Assembly: GCA_963769025.1 (NCBI GenBank)
Contig: CAVYKI010000001.1
Coordinates: forward strand, 1-26,104
Direction: 5' to 3'
DNA: 26,104 bases
Source: an uncultured Verrucomicrobiae bacterium
GTDB taxonomy: Bacteria; Verrucomicrobiota; Verrucomicrobiia; Chthoniobacterales; Chthoniobacteraceae
In this document: in pieces, positions 1 to 8,292 of the stretch
Position numbering within the stretch: the first letter of the stretch is position 1
How the letters are laid out: every line of letters begins with the position of its first letter
Translations under genes and position numbers: made by a program
The notes under the pieces: generated by a model
Seen by the model: only the letters and a program-made list of their open reading frames with translations
The model's database searches: none
What the model was told of the DNA's origin: nothing

Positions 1-8
1 ACGCGCGC

Positions 9-1268
9 TTAGGTTCCGCGGTAGGAAGCGAGCACCTCCGTGCGGGTCCACCGCTGGAAGAGGCCGCGGCTGTCCACGGGATGAAAAGGCAGCACGTCCG
101 AGTAGCCGGGGATGATCACCTGCACGACAGGAAACCCGATTTCGGGATCGGTCAGGTCCACGACGATGAAGTCCTTTCCCAGCGTCTCGCAGATGTCGCG
201 GGCGTGCGCGATGTCGTCGAGGCAGTCGCTGTGCGGCTGCCCTTTTTCAAAAGGCACGATCTCCCCTTTCCGGAGAAAATCGGCGTTCCGGTACGGGACG
301 AAGCCAAACATGAAAGCAGAGAGAAAATTGTCGCAGTCATCCGGCTGCGACCGGAGGCTGCGGAAATCGTGCTCCAGCAGGCGCGCAAGCTGGCCCTCGC
401 GATCCTCGGAATCGGGCGTGATGAACTCCTGCTGCCTGCGGCCCTGCGTGTATTCCGTGAACATACGTAGCAGCGCCTCCTCGCGGTCGAAGGACGCGCC
501 GACTTTGAAGAAATGCCGGAACTGGTAATCGTGAGGAATATTGTGATCCACGAAGAACGCGCCGAGGCACGGCAGCACGCCGCCGAAGGACAGATCCTTC
601 AGCACCACCTCGATTCCGCGGGCACGGAGAAATTCCATCTGCGCGCGGACGATCGGATGCGTGACAGTCGCGGGATCGATGGTCGGGACGACGATGCGGT
701 TGCGGAGCACGGTGATATGCGCGCGCCGCTCGAAGATTTCGTGCGCGGCGTGGATGATGGCTTCCTCGATATTGTTCCCCGTCGCCTTGCCATTCGGGCC
801 GCCGATGAGGCGCACGTATTCCAGTGGCACCTTCAGCGTCCGTTCCTGGATCAGCGAATAGCCGTCCACCCAATGAAAGGAATCGTCGAGTGCGCGGATG
901 CGTTCGAGCACCGGCGGCGTCGCAGTGGCGATGTGGCCGAGCAGGGATGCGATCGGCAGCGCGTCCGACACCTCGTGCTCGCACGCGCCGAGGTAGCCGG
1001 GCAGTTCGCCGGTCGCGCGTGCGGTGAGCCATTCCGCGCCCTCGGCGAGCGCGCCCGCGGTGCTGCACGCGGGCGTGACACCTTTGCCCATGGAGCGGAA
1101 GTCGAGGCCTTCGATGAACATCGCCGTCCAGTGCAGGTGCTCGGAGAGGGTTTCCTCGTGCAGCCAGTAGTCGTGCCGCGGACGGATGAGGGCGTCGAGC
1201 CGCGCAATCGTCTCGGAGGGATCCACGCAGCGATCGTGCGCGAGTTTGATGCGGGACTGGAGTTTCAT
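9..1268 (-). CDS. ycaO: Stand-alone YcaO-family protein (ATP-dependent peptide backbone-activating enzyme), ~419 aa
   Basis: YcaO motifs SMGKG..ALAEGAE, NGKATGNNIEEAIIHAAHEIFER, KDLSFGG, EALLRMFTEYTQGR and VQVIIPGYSD. The ATG at 1268 overlaps the upstream TGA (ATGA), which supports this start over 1322. Confidence 0.9.
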   Translation of the reverse strand: MKLQSRIKLAHDRCVDPSETIARLDALIRPRHDYWLHEETLSEHLHWTAMFIEGLDFRSMGKGVTPACSTAGALAEGAEWLTARATGELPGYLGACEHEVSDALPIASLLGHIATATPPVLERIRALDDSFHWVDGYSLIQERTLKVPLEYVRLIGGPNGKATGNNIEEAIIHAAHEIFERRAHITVLRNRIVVPTIDPATVTHPIVRAQMEFLRARGIEVVLKDLSFGGVLPCLGAFFVDHNIPHDYQFRHFFKVGASFDREEALLRMFTEYTQGRRQQEFITPDSEDREGQLARLLEHDFRSLRSQPDDCDNFLSAFMFGFVPYRNADFLRKGEIVPFEKGQPHSDCLDDIAHARDICETLGKDFIVVDLTDPEIGFPVVQVIIPGYSDVLPFHPVDSRGLFQRWTRTEVLASYRGT

Positions 1269-3535
1269 TTGCAAATGTCCCGATGGATCGCATCGCCCGC
1301 TGCGAGTCCTTCGGCCACGCAATGGCTCACGGACGCGCCGCCATTCACGAGAGCGCCGGCGGTGTAGATGCGGTCGCCGTGGCCGGAAAGCGCTGCACGG
1401 ACGCCGGCCTCGACCTGAAGTTCCATGGACTCGATGACGAGTCCCACATGCAGCACCGTCTCCGTGTGCAACTCCGCATGGCGAATCCGCACTCCGCGCA
1501 ATTCACCTTCCTGATCACTCTCATATCCCACCGGCTGCCAGTTCATCATCGCCTGCACACTGGGAGTCGCGAACCAGCTCTCCGGCATGTGCCAGTGCAT
1601 CTCCGATCGCGGGCCGCCGAAGATGATGAAAGTTTCCTTCGCCCCGCGGCTCTGCACCGCGCGCGCAGCGTCCATCGCGCTGTCACCTCCGGCCAGGATC
1701 GCCACGCGCTCCGGCACCGGGTGCTCGGGTGATTCGAGAAAACCGATCGCACCGATGACGCCGCGCGCATTGGCCAGCGATCGCTCCTGCCAGAGTCCCG
1801 TCGCGACGAGCACGGCATCGTGATTTGCGTGCAGTTCCTCCAACCGGAGATCCTTTCCGAGCGTGACGCCGAAGTGAAGTTCGAGGCGAGCGGCGGCGAG
1901 TGCGGGCTGCAGGATCGCATCAATCTCCGCGCGCGGGCTGACGAGCGATCGGTGGGCGGCAAGCACGCGCTCCGGCACACCTCCCAGGCGATCCGCCTGC
2001 TCGTAAAGATCGACGGCGTGGCCGAGTTCCACGAGGCGGATCGCCGCCGCGATGCCCGCCGGACCACCACCGACGACGGCCACGCGCTTGCCCGTTGTTT
2101 CCTGCGGCACACGCGCGCCAGTCTGTCCGCGCTCACGCGCGCGCCATGCGATTGCGTATTGCAAATCGAGGATCGGCACCGGCGTGCCCGTGAGCGTGGT
2201 TTCGATGCAGGCACCCTCGCTCTCCAGCCACGCCGGGGAAAGCCGGGAGGTCAGTTCGGGCAGGGGATCGCGCGCGCGGATGATCTCGTAAGCGCGGCCC
2301 TCGTCGCCATTGCGGAAAGCCTGGATGAATGCGGGGATGTCCGTCCACGTCGGCGAAGCGGCTACACAAGGCGCGGCTTCGCACAGGTGACAGCGGGCCG
2401 CGCCAGCGAGAAGTTGATCGGAATCGAAGCGGCGCATCTGCCGATAGACCGGTCCGTACAACACGGGATCGCGGAGCACGCAGCCGACGGTCTCGCCCTC
2501 GTCGCGCAGTTGCGAGCAGGCAAAGCAAACCATGCACGCGGAGCCCGCTTCCATCCGGCCGCGGGTAAAGATTTCCGCAGGTGCAGACGGGTGCGCGAGT
2601 GCGCCGCGGCCAAGGCCGGCAAAGTCGAACATCCCGTCGCGGAGAGCGCCCGCGGCGACCTGCGGCACGAATTGCCGCAGCCAGCTGAAACCGCTTCCGA
2701 CCACCGGCAGGTCGGGTGTGGCTTCGCGGAGGGCACACGCGAGGATCAGTTGGCGCTCGATCGTCATCAGCGGATGCTCGTCAGGATTTTCGGAATCGGA
2801 TCGCCCGCGACCCCCGCGCTCCGCTCCGCGCAGACTCGGATTCGACGCGGTTACGTTCAACAGCGCGAGACCGCTCGCGCGCAGACTCTGCACGAAGCGA
2901 ATCGGCTCGGCGGGATCGAGCTTGCGGTAGTCGTCCACGGAAACGCCAAAGCCTCCGCGAACTGCCTCGTAGGCGCAGAGACGCGTCGTGAGCAGAAGAT
3001 CGGGAGCGCGCTCGCGCACTTGGGCGAGCGCTTCGGGCAGCATGTCGCGGGAACATTGGACATCCACACCATCGAAGCCGGCCTCCACCGCGAGCTTGGC
3101 AGCGTGGACAATGGCGTCCGTCTGCACTGATGTGAGTTGGATGACGATCGTCGGATTCTCCGCAGCCGCGGCGCGCATCTCATCCACCATTGCGCGGAAG
3201 CCCGCGAGGTTCGCTTCATTCAGACCAAGCCGCCCCGGTTTTTCCGCCGTGCCCGCGGCGGTCAGTTCCACCCAGATCAATCCGAAGCGGCCTTCCGCAT
3301 AGCGGCGATAACGGCGGCGGGTGAGTTCGCCCGGTGAGCCATCAGGCCGTGCGTCGCCGCCGGCGATCGGCTGGGCGCAAAAGCGATTGGGGATTTTCCT
3401 CCGCCCGATGCTGAGAGGCTGCGCGAGATGGGTGAGGTCTTCGTTGATTGGAATGCCAAGTCCGAGCCGCGCAATTTCACCGCGCAGGTCCGCGAGCGAT
3501 CCGATGTAGAACGGCTGATACGCAGGGATCTCCAT
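1265..3535 (-). CDS. Fusion of an NADH:flavin oxidoreductase (OYE-like TIM barrel) with a PreT/GltD-like Fe-S/FAD/NAD(P) oxidoreductase, ~756 aa
   Basis: N-terminal IPNRFCAQP, YAEGRFGLIWVE, AGFDGVD and GLGRGALA; CMVCFAC..GC Fe-S motif; RCHLCEAAPC; Rossmann motifs VAVVGGGPAG and ILAGGDSAMDAAR; C-terminal AGALVNGGASVSHCVAEG. ATG at 3535 is 1 bp from the upstream stop. Confidence 0.85.
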   Translation of the reverse strand: MEIPAYQPFYIGSLADLRGEIARLGLGIPINEDLTHLAQPLSIGRRKIPNRFCAQPIAGGDARPDGSPGELTRRRYRRYAEGRFGLIWVELTAAGTAEKPGRLGLNEANLAGFRAMVDEMRAAAAENPTIVIQLTSVQTDAIVHAAKLAVEAGFDGVDVQCSRDMLPEALAQVRERAPDLLLTTRLCAYEAVRGGFGVSVDDYRKLDPAEPIRFVQSLRASGLALLNVTASNPSLRGAERGGRGRSDSENPDEHPLMTIERQLILACALREATPDLPVVGSGFSWLRQFVPQVAAGALRDGMFDFAGLGRGALAHPSAPAEIFTRGRMEAGSACMVCFACSQLRDEGETVGCVLRDPVLYGPVYRQMRRFDSDQLLAGAARCHLCEAAPCVAASPTWTDIPAFIQAFRNGDEGRAYEIIRARDPLPELTSRLSPAWLESEGACIETTLTGTPVPILDLQYAIAWRARERGQTGARVPQETTGKRVAVVGGGPAGIAAAIRLVELGHAVDLYEQADRLGGVPERVLAAHRSLVSPRAEIDAILQPALAAARLELHFGVTLGKDLRLEELHANHDAVLVATGLWQERSLANARGVIGAIGFLESPEHPVPERVAILAGGDSAMDAARAVQSRGAKETFIIFGGPRSEMHWHMPESWFATPSVQAMMNWQPVGYESDQEGELRGVRIRHAELHTETVLHVGLVIESMELQVEAGVRAALSGHGDRIYTAGALVNGGASVSHCVAEGLAAGDAIHRDICK

Positions 3536-3536
3536 G

Positions 3537-4430
3537 TCACTTTTCGTCCGCCTTCGGTTTCCCCACGCACGCCACGTAAAGTGCGAACTCCTCCTTGCCG
3601 TCCACGCCGAGCAATTCATCCACGCGAGGCTGGTGATAGGAAAGCAGCGCGCAGGCTCCCATGCGGCTCGACTCCGCGGCGAGGTAGAGGTTTTCGCACA
3701 CATGCCCCGCTTCCATCGCGATCATGCGATGCGCGAGGTAGGTGTATTTCCACTCCGTCCGATACGGCACGGCGGCCCAGATGAAGACGACCGCCGCGCT
3801 CCCGACTGAAGGCGTGCCGTAGCAGGCGGCCATGAGATTGCTGGAAATCTGCGCGTCTTCGCGGACGAGCACGAGTTCATGGTCGTTCGGCCGGTAGCGA
3901 TAGACGCCCGCGGCCACGCCTTGCACGCGACTGATCGCGAGATAGGTCTCCAGCGGGTAGCGCGCGCCGCCCGAGGGAGCGGCGCGAAACCGCTGCACGA
4001 TCGCTCCCGCCTCGTCGCGCTGCACGGCGGTGATGCCCTGGGTCGCCCATAGCAAAAAGCTCAGTTCCTCCAGCGACAGTTCCGCATCGCTGAAGTCGCG
4101 CGTGCTCCGGCGCGCTGCGATCGCCTCGCGCAGCGGCATGTCGCCGAGATGGATTTCCGCGAGCGGAACGAGCGCGATCTTCTTCGCGCCCGCCGGGATG
4201 GGTTTCTCCGCAGGCGGTTCCGGCTGTTCGTGGTTCCGGTCGCTGTCCGCCCGCCACTCGCCGGGGAAACCCTTGAGCATCACGCGCAATTGCGCGATCG
4301 GGATTTCATTCAGCTCCCGAATCCGCCCCGCCTCGCTCTTCTTGTGGGAGGAATCGCAACCCGAAAAACCGAGCGCGAGAGCGAAGCACGCGCCGGCGGC
4401 AGACAGGGGAAACCACTTTGCACCAGTCAT
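3537..4430 (-). CDS. SagB/ThcOx-family FMN-dependent dehydrogenase (nitroreductase fold) with a predicted lipoprotein signal, ~297 aa
   Basis: RRSTRDFS, LSFLLWATQG, RAAPSGGARYPLETY, GVYRY, EWKY and EAGHVCENLYLAA; N-terminal hydrophobic stretch ending in the lipobox-like FSGC. Confidence 0.88.
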   Translation of the reverse strand: MTGAKWFPLSAAGACFALALGFSGCDSSHKKSEAGRIRELNEIPIAQLRVMLKGFPGEWRADSDRNHEQPEPPAEKPIPAGAKKIALVPLAEIHLGDMPLREAIAARRSTRDFSDAELSLEELSFLLWATQGITAVQRDEAGAIVQRFRAAPSGGARYPLETYLAISRVQGVAAGVYRYRPNDHELVLVREDAQISSNLMAACYGTPSVGSAAVVFIWAAVPYRTEWKYTYLAHRMIAMEAGHVCENLYLAAESSRMGACALLSYHQPRVDELLGVDGKEEFALYVACVGKPKADEK

Positions 4431-4500
4431 GACTTTCGAGCCGGGATGCACACGAATCGCGCGCGGTTCCTGAAGGTTTGTCGTGTCCCGAGGGGACGCC

Positions 4501-4661
4501 GGAGATTAGCCGGTGGCGCAAGCCACCGGATCGTGCGTTCACATGCAATCCGCCCCGGAGGGGGCGGCGGATTTGAGGGCACGTCGTGGTTCCCGCGCCC
4601 CTGCCGGGGCGCATCCGTCTTTGTCCAGAGATCCGGTGGCTTGCGCCACCGGCTAATTTCC
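4501..4661. repeat. REP-doublet/REPIN-like inverted repeat
   Basis: 4501-4532 and 4630-4661 are reverse complements with 1 mismatch in 32 bp. Each arm holds the hairpin CCGGTGGC-GCAA-GCCACCGG (loop TTGC in the right arm). An inner imperfect inverted pair GCCCCGGAGGGGGCG / CGCCCCTGCCGGGGC is also present. Confidence 0.85.
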
Positions 4662-4697
4662 GCGACGCCGCTGGCGTCGAAGATCGCACGGCAGCCC

Positions 4698-7600
4698 CTA
4701 GAGAGCGCCATTGAGCGCCTTGTAGTACTCGGCGACTTTGTCCCGATATTTCGGCGGCGCCTGGTCGGGGCCGCTCTCGATCACGTTGTCGAGCGCTCCG
4801 GTCGAGCCCTTCGCTTCCATTGCGCCGGAAGGGCCGGCTGCGAGATTCGCGGCTGCGCGGGTAAGCGATGAAATGCCCATCTTCCGAAACTCGCGCATCT
4901 GCCGGATGTCGCCTTTCGCGATGGCATCGGCGGATTGCTTGAGCTCATGCGCGGCGTTCTTCAGCGAATCCACGCGTATATTTTTCATGGAGGCTTTCGC
5001 GTAAAGCGCGTCGGCTTGGCGGGCCATCAGCGCGGCCATTCCTTCGGCGGATCCGGCTTCCTTCGAGTCCACGCGCTCCGCGCCGCCGCCCATGCCCATC
5101 GCGTCAGCCTTGCCGGTCCCGAGCTTGCCGCCGCCAGTGGCCTTCGTGTCCGCCTCGCCTGCGAGATCCACCTTTCCGCTCTGCATCGGATCCTCGGTGC
5201 GGCGTGCCTCGATGTTCTTGTCGCCTTCGCCGATCGTGCCGGAGCCTGCGGCGGTCTCGCCGCTGGACATGCCCTGCCGGCCCACGTTCGAGCGTCCGTC
5301 CTGCTCCTTGTGGTCGGGAGTCTGGTTGCCGGATTTCCCCTGCGCGCCGAAGGAAGCGATGTCCCCTTCCATCACGTCCCAGCCAGCCGGAAAATCCGGC
5401 ATCGCGTGGTTGGTGGCGCTGTCGTCCGCTTCCTTGGCCATCTTCTCCTCCTCTTTCATGAGGTCGCCCACGAGGTCCTGCGCCGCCGCCGCGAGTTCCG
5501 CAAGCGCGATGCCGGATTCCGGCATCTCGGCCTTGTCGTGCGCCTCGGTCGTCACCTTGAGTTCGTCCGGCTTTTCCATGAGCCACATTTCCATCGCATC
5601 GATCCGCTCCTTTGCCTCGCCCATCTGCGCGAGAAGTTCGTCCTCCTTTGCAAAGCCCAGCTCCTTCACCTTGTCGGCGCCGTCTTTTTCGGAACCGGCC
5701 TTCTGCTCGATCTCCTGAAAGACTGCGAAGACATCCTCGACGAGATCATTTGCGACATTCAACTCGGTGAAAATGTGGAGGTCGGTCGGGACTTCGAGCA
5801 GCGCTTCGATGGTGTTCTTTTGCATCTCCACGAAGGCCTCCTCCATCTCGTCCATCGCCTGGTCGTCCTTGTCTTTCTGACCCTTCACCTGCTCCATCGC
5901 CTCCTTCATTTTCTGATTCAGCGCCTCGAGTTTGGCGACCTTCTCCTTGGCCTGTTTCACCGCTTCCACGAGGGCTGCGCGATTCTCGGCCTCCTCCTTC
6001 AGCTTGATCTGGTCGAGCATCGCCTGGAGCGTCTTGAGGCTGGCGATTGCCCGCTCCTCCAGCGGGACCGCCGCGTCCGGCTGGTTCTGGTCGAGTCGCT
6101 CGGCTGCCACCACCATGTCGTTGCGGATCTTCAGTTCCCCGGCAGTCGCCATCACCTTGTCAATCGTCGCGGCGAGCGCGGCGTCGGTCTGCATCACCTG
6201 TGCCGCCTCGTCCTTGCACGCGGCGAGGAATGCCGCCATGTCGCTGCCGAGCCGATCCTGCCCATCCACGAGGGCGCTTCCGACCTTCGCTTTGCTCTCG
6301 ATGAAAGTGCGCGTCAGTTTCAGTGCGCCGGTCTGGTCGCGCAGCAGCGATTCGATCATCGCCGCGAGTCCGGCCACGCGCCGGTCAATCTTCGCATCTG
6401 CCGCCGCGGACATCGCGAAACTGAGCTGCTTCAGAATCTTCGCCTCCAGCGTCACCGCCTCGCTTGCGAGCATTGCCTTGCGGGCGTCCTCCGCGGACGG
6501 GATGGATTGCAGCGCATCCACCGCGAGCACCATCTCATGCACGTAGAGTTTCTGCGCCGCCGCAGTGAGCGTGCCGAGCGGCTTCACCGGATTCGCCAGC
6601 AAATCGCGCATGAGGCTGCGGACTTCCTTCTGCCGCTCCGTGGCTTCCGACCACTGCGCCCCGGTCGTCGCCGCCAGCGTGTCCTTGAAGCGCACCGTGT
6701 CCGCGAGATTGCGTTTCTGGATCTCGATCACCTTTTGCAAATTCACCAGCGCCTCCTTTTCGAGCGCATCGCGCTTCTTCGCGAGGTCCGCCGCGGTCGG
6801 CGCGTTGAAAATCACGTTGGCGGAAAAGGACTCGTTCGGCTTCTCCGTCTTGTTGTCGCGCGCGATGATGCGGTAGGCGATGTCGCCCCCGCGCGCCGGT
6901 GAGGTCGCGCTTTTCCAGATCTGCCGGAAGTTGCGCGCACCGCCGACCGTCCACCGTTTCACTTCCGTGCCCTTGTCCGCGCTCGTGGAATTCGGCGTCA
7001 CTTCCTCGATGACGACCTCGCCGATGCCAAAATCATCCGCGACTTGGAATTCGATCTGCGGGCGCTCGCCCGGCGGCAGGATCGCGCGCCCATTCGGCGA
7101 GACGATCTCGACGCCCGGCGGCTTGTCCGGCTCCAGCACAAAGGACACTTCCTCCTCGAAGCTGCTGCCAAATTTGTCCTCGCCGCGGAGGATGAAAGAC
7201 GTGCCGGAAACGAGCGTCGCCGTGCCCTTCCAGATCGTCGGCTGCGCCGCTGCTGCAAGGTCCACGGATTCGCGCACCCCGCCGCGCAGCCGGATGGATT
7301 CCAGCGGCGTGTTCGATGTCGCGGTGACCTGCGCCTCCGATCCTGCCGGGATGATCAGCTTGCCTTCGCGCGGATTCATGACGCGCGGCTTGAGCCGCAT
7401 GTAAGGCGGCGGCGAGACGACCATCGAGATGCCCGTGAACGCCGGCGGCGGCCGCGTCGCGATGGCGAACCACGCCGAGTCCTGCGCATCGCCCGCGCGG
7501 AAGCGGTAGCGCAGCCCGGTCGTCACTTTCGCGAGCTTGTAGCTGAAGTCCTGTTCCAGCCCGCCGCGAACCTTACCGATCGAGTAGGTGGTCTTCGGCG

Positions 7601-8276
7601 CATCGCTCGGCTCCACCTCCACCTTCACCTCGTGCCCCTCGAACCCCTTCACCGTGCAGCTCAACACCAGCGGCTCGCCCTGCAACACGGTGGACTGCCC
7701 CGGCTTCACCTTGAGGATCTTCGTGAGGCTCGGCGGCTCCACGTTGGAAAATGGATTCACCGTGCGCCACACCGCGACCATCCACGCCTGCCCGAAAAAG
7801 AACAGCGGCAGCACGAGCAATCCCGCGGCCACGGACAGCGCCGTCCAGTTGCGACGGTGCGCCTTTTCATCGCGCATCTTGCGGAAATCGAGGTTCCACC
7901 AAGCGGGTGTGCCGGCCTTCACGTAGGCGGCCTTGAACGGATCGCCCTCGGGATTCTTCGCGAGTTGGAGATAGTTGATGAGATGGTTGTCCAGTTCCGG
8001 AAAGGACTTCTCCACCGTCGCCGCCACCGCCTCCGGCGTTAAACGCCTCCGCAGCGCGCCACGCACCAGCCAGAGCGTCGCCCCGATGAGAGCGAGGAAA
8101 ATGCTCCACGTCACCAACCGCCCCGGACGCTCGATCCGCAGCCACAAATCCAGCAGCCCGAACAGCCAGACCCAGCCGGTGACGACCGCCAGCCCCAGCG
8201 TGAGTTTCAGCTCCGCGCGCCACAGGTTCAGGCATCGCCCGATCTGATCGAGCTTGGCGAGGTATTGGGGAGGCAT
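4698..8276 (-). CDS. Large membrane-anchored DUF4175-like protein (TM helices, Ig-like domains, long coiled coil), 1192 aa
   Basis: N-terminal TM segments; AATVEKSFPELDNHLINYLQ; DKPPGVEIVSP..ADDFGI; Glu/Lys/Ala-rich helical region; C-terminal PPKYRDKVAEYYKAL, as seen in large MoxR-cluster proteins. Family name is from pattern recognition. Confidence 0.7.
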   Translation of the reverse strand: MPPQYLAKLDQIGRCLNLWRAELKLTLGLAVVTGWVWLFGLLDLWLRIERPGRLVTWSIFLALIGATLWLVRGALRRRLTPEAVAATVEKSFPELDNHLINYLQLAKNPEGDPFKAAYVKAGTPAWWNLDFRKMRDEKAHRRNWTALSVAAGLLVLPLFFFGQAWMVAVWRTVNPFSNVEPPSLTKILKVKPGQSTVLQGEPLVLSCTVKGFEGHEVKVEVEPSDAPKTTYSIGKVRGGLEQDFSYKLAKVTTGLRYRFRAGDAQDSAWFAIATRPPPAFTGISMVVSPPPYMRLKPRVMNPREGKLIIPAGSEAQVTATSNTPLESIRLRGGVRESVDLAAAAQPTIWKGTATLVSGTSFILRGEDKFGSSFEEEVSFVLEPDKPPGVEIVSPNGRAILPPGERPQIEFQVADDFGIGEVVIEEVTPNSTSADKGTEVKRWTVGGARNFRQIWKSATSPARGGDIAYRIIARDNKTEKPNESFSANVIFNAPTAADLAKKRDALEKEALVNLQKVIEIQKRNLADTVRFKDTLAATTGAQWSEATERQKEVRSLMRDLLANPVKPLGTLTAAAQKLYVHEMVLAVDALQSIPSAEDARKAMLASEAVTLEAKILKQLSFAMSAAADAKIDRRVAGLAAMIESLLRDQTGALKLTRTFIESKAKVGSALVDGQDRLGSDMAAFLAACKDEAAQVMQTDAALAATIDKVMATAGELKIRNDMVVAAERLDQNQPDAAVPLEERAIASLKTLQAMLDQIKLKEEAENRAALVEAVKQAKEKVAKLEALNQKMKEAMEQVKGQKDKDDQAMDEMEEAFVEMQKNTIEALLEVPTDLHIFTELNVANDLVEDVFAVFQEIEQKAGSEKDGADKVKELGFAKEDELLAQMGEAKERIDAMEMWLMEKPDELKVTTEAHDKAEMPESGIALAELAAAAQDLVGDLMKEEEKMAKEADDSATNHAMPDFPAGWDVMEGDIASFGAQGKSGNQTPDHKEQDGRSNVGRQGMSSGETAAGSGTIGEGDKNIEARRTEDPMQSGKVDLAGEADTKATGGGKLGTGKADAMGMGGGAERVDSKEAGSAEGMAALMARQADALYAKASMKNIRVDSLKNAAHELKQSADAIAKGDIRQMREFRKMGISSLTRAAANLAAGPSGAMEAKGSTGALDNVIESGPDQAPPKYRDKVAEYYKALNGAL

Positions 8277-8292
8277 GACGGAAAGAGGAGGA

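Noticed and set aside
1265..2400. Calling the oxidoreductase gltD or preT
   Set aside because: It is fused to an OYE barrel, one cluster's ligands are lost, and no gltB or preA partner is present.
4501..4661. CRISPR array or IS terminal inverted repeats
   Set aside because: Only two inverted copies; no direct repeat-spacer series, cas gene or transposase.
4427..4711. Short ORFs upstream of SagB (4427-4711, 4306-4689) as RiPP precursor
   Set aside because: They are translations of the palindromic repeat and have no leader/core pattern.
4935..6902. Long antisense/alternate-frame ORFs (e.g. 4935-6902 +, 11285-13084 +, 15061-17178 -, 24002-25528 -)
   Set aside because: Shadow ORFs of high-GC genes; Arg/His-rich, no motifs, fully overlapping better-supported CDSs.
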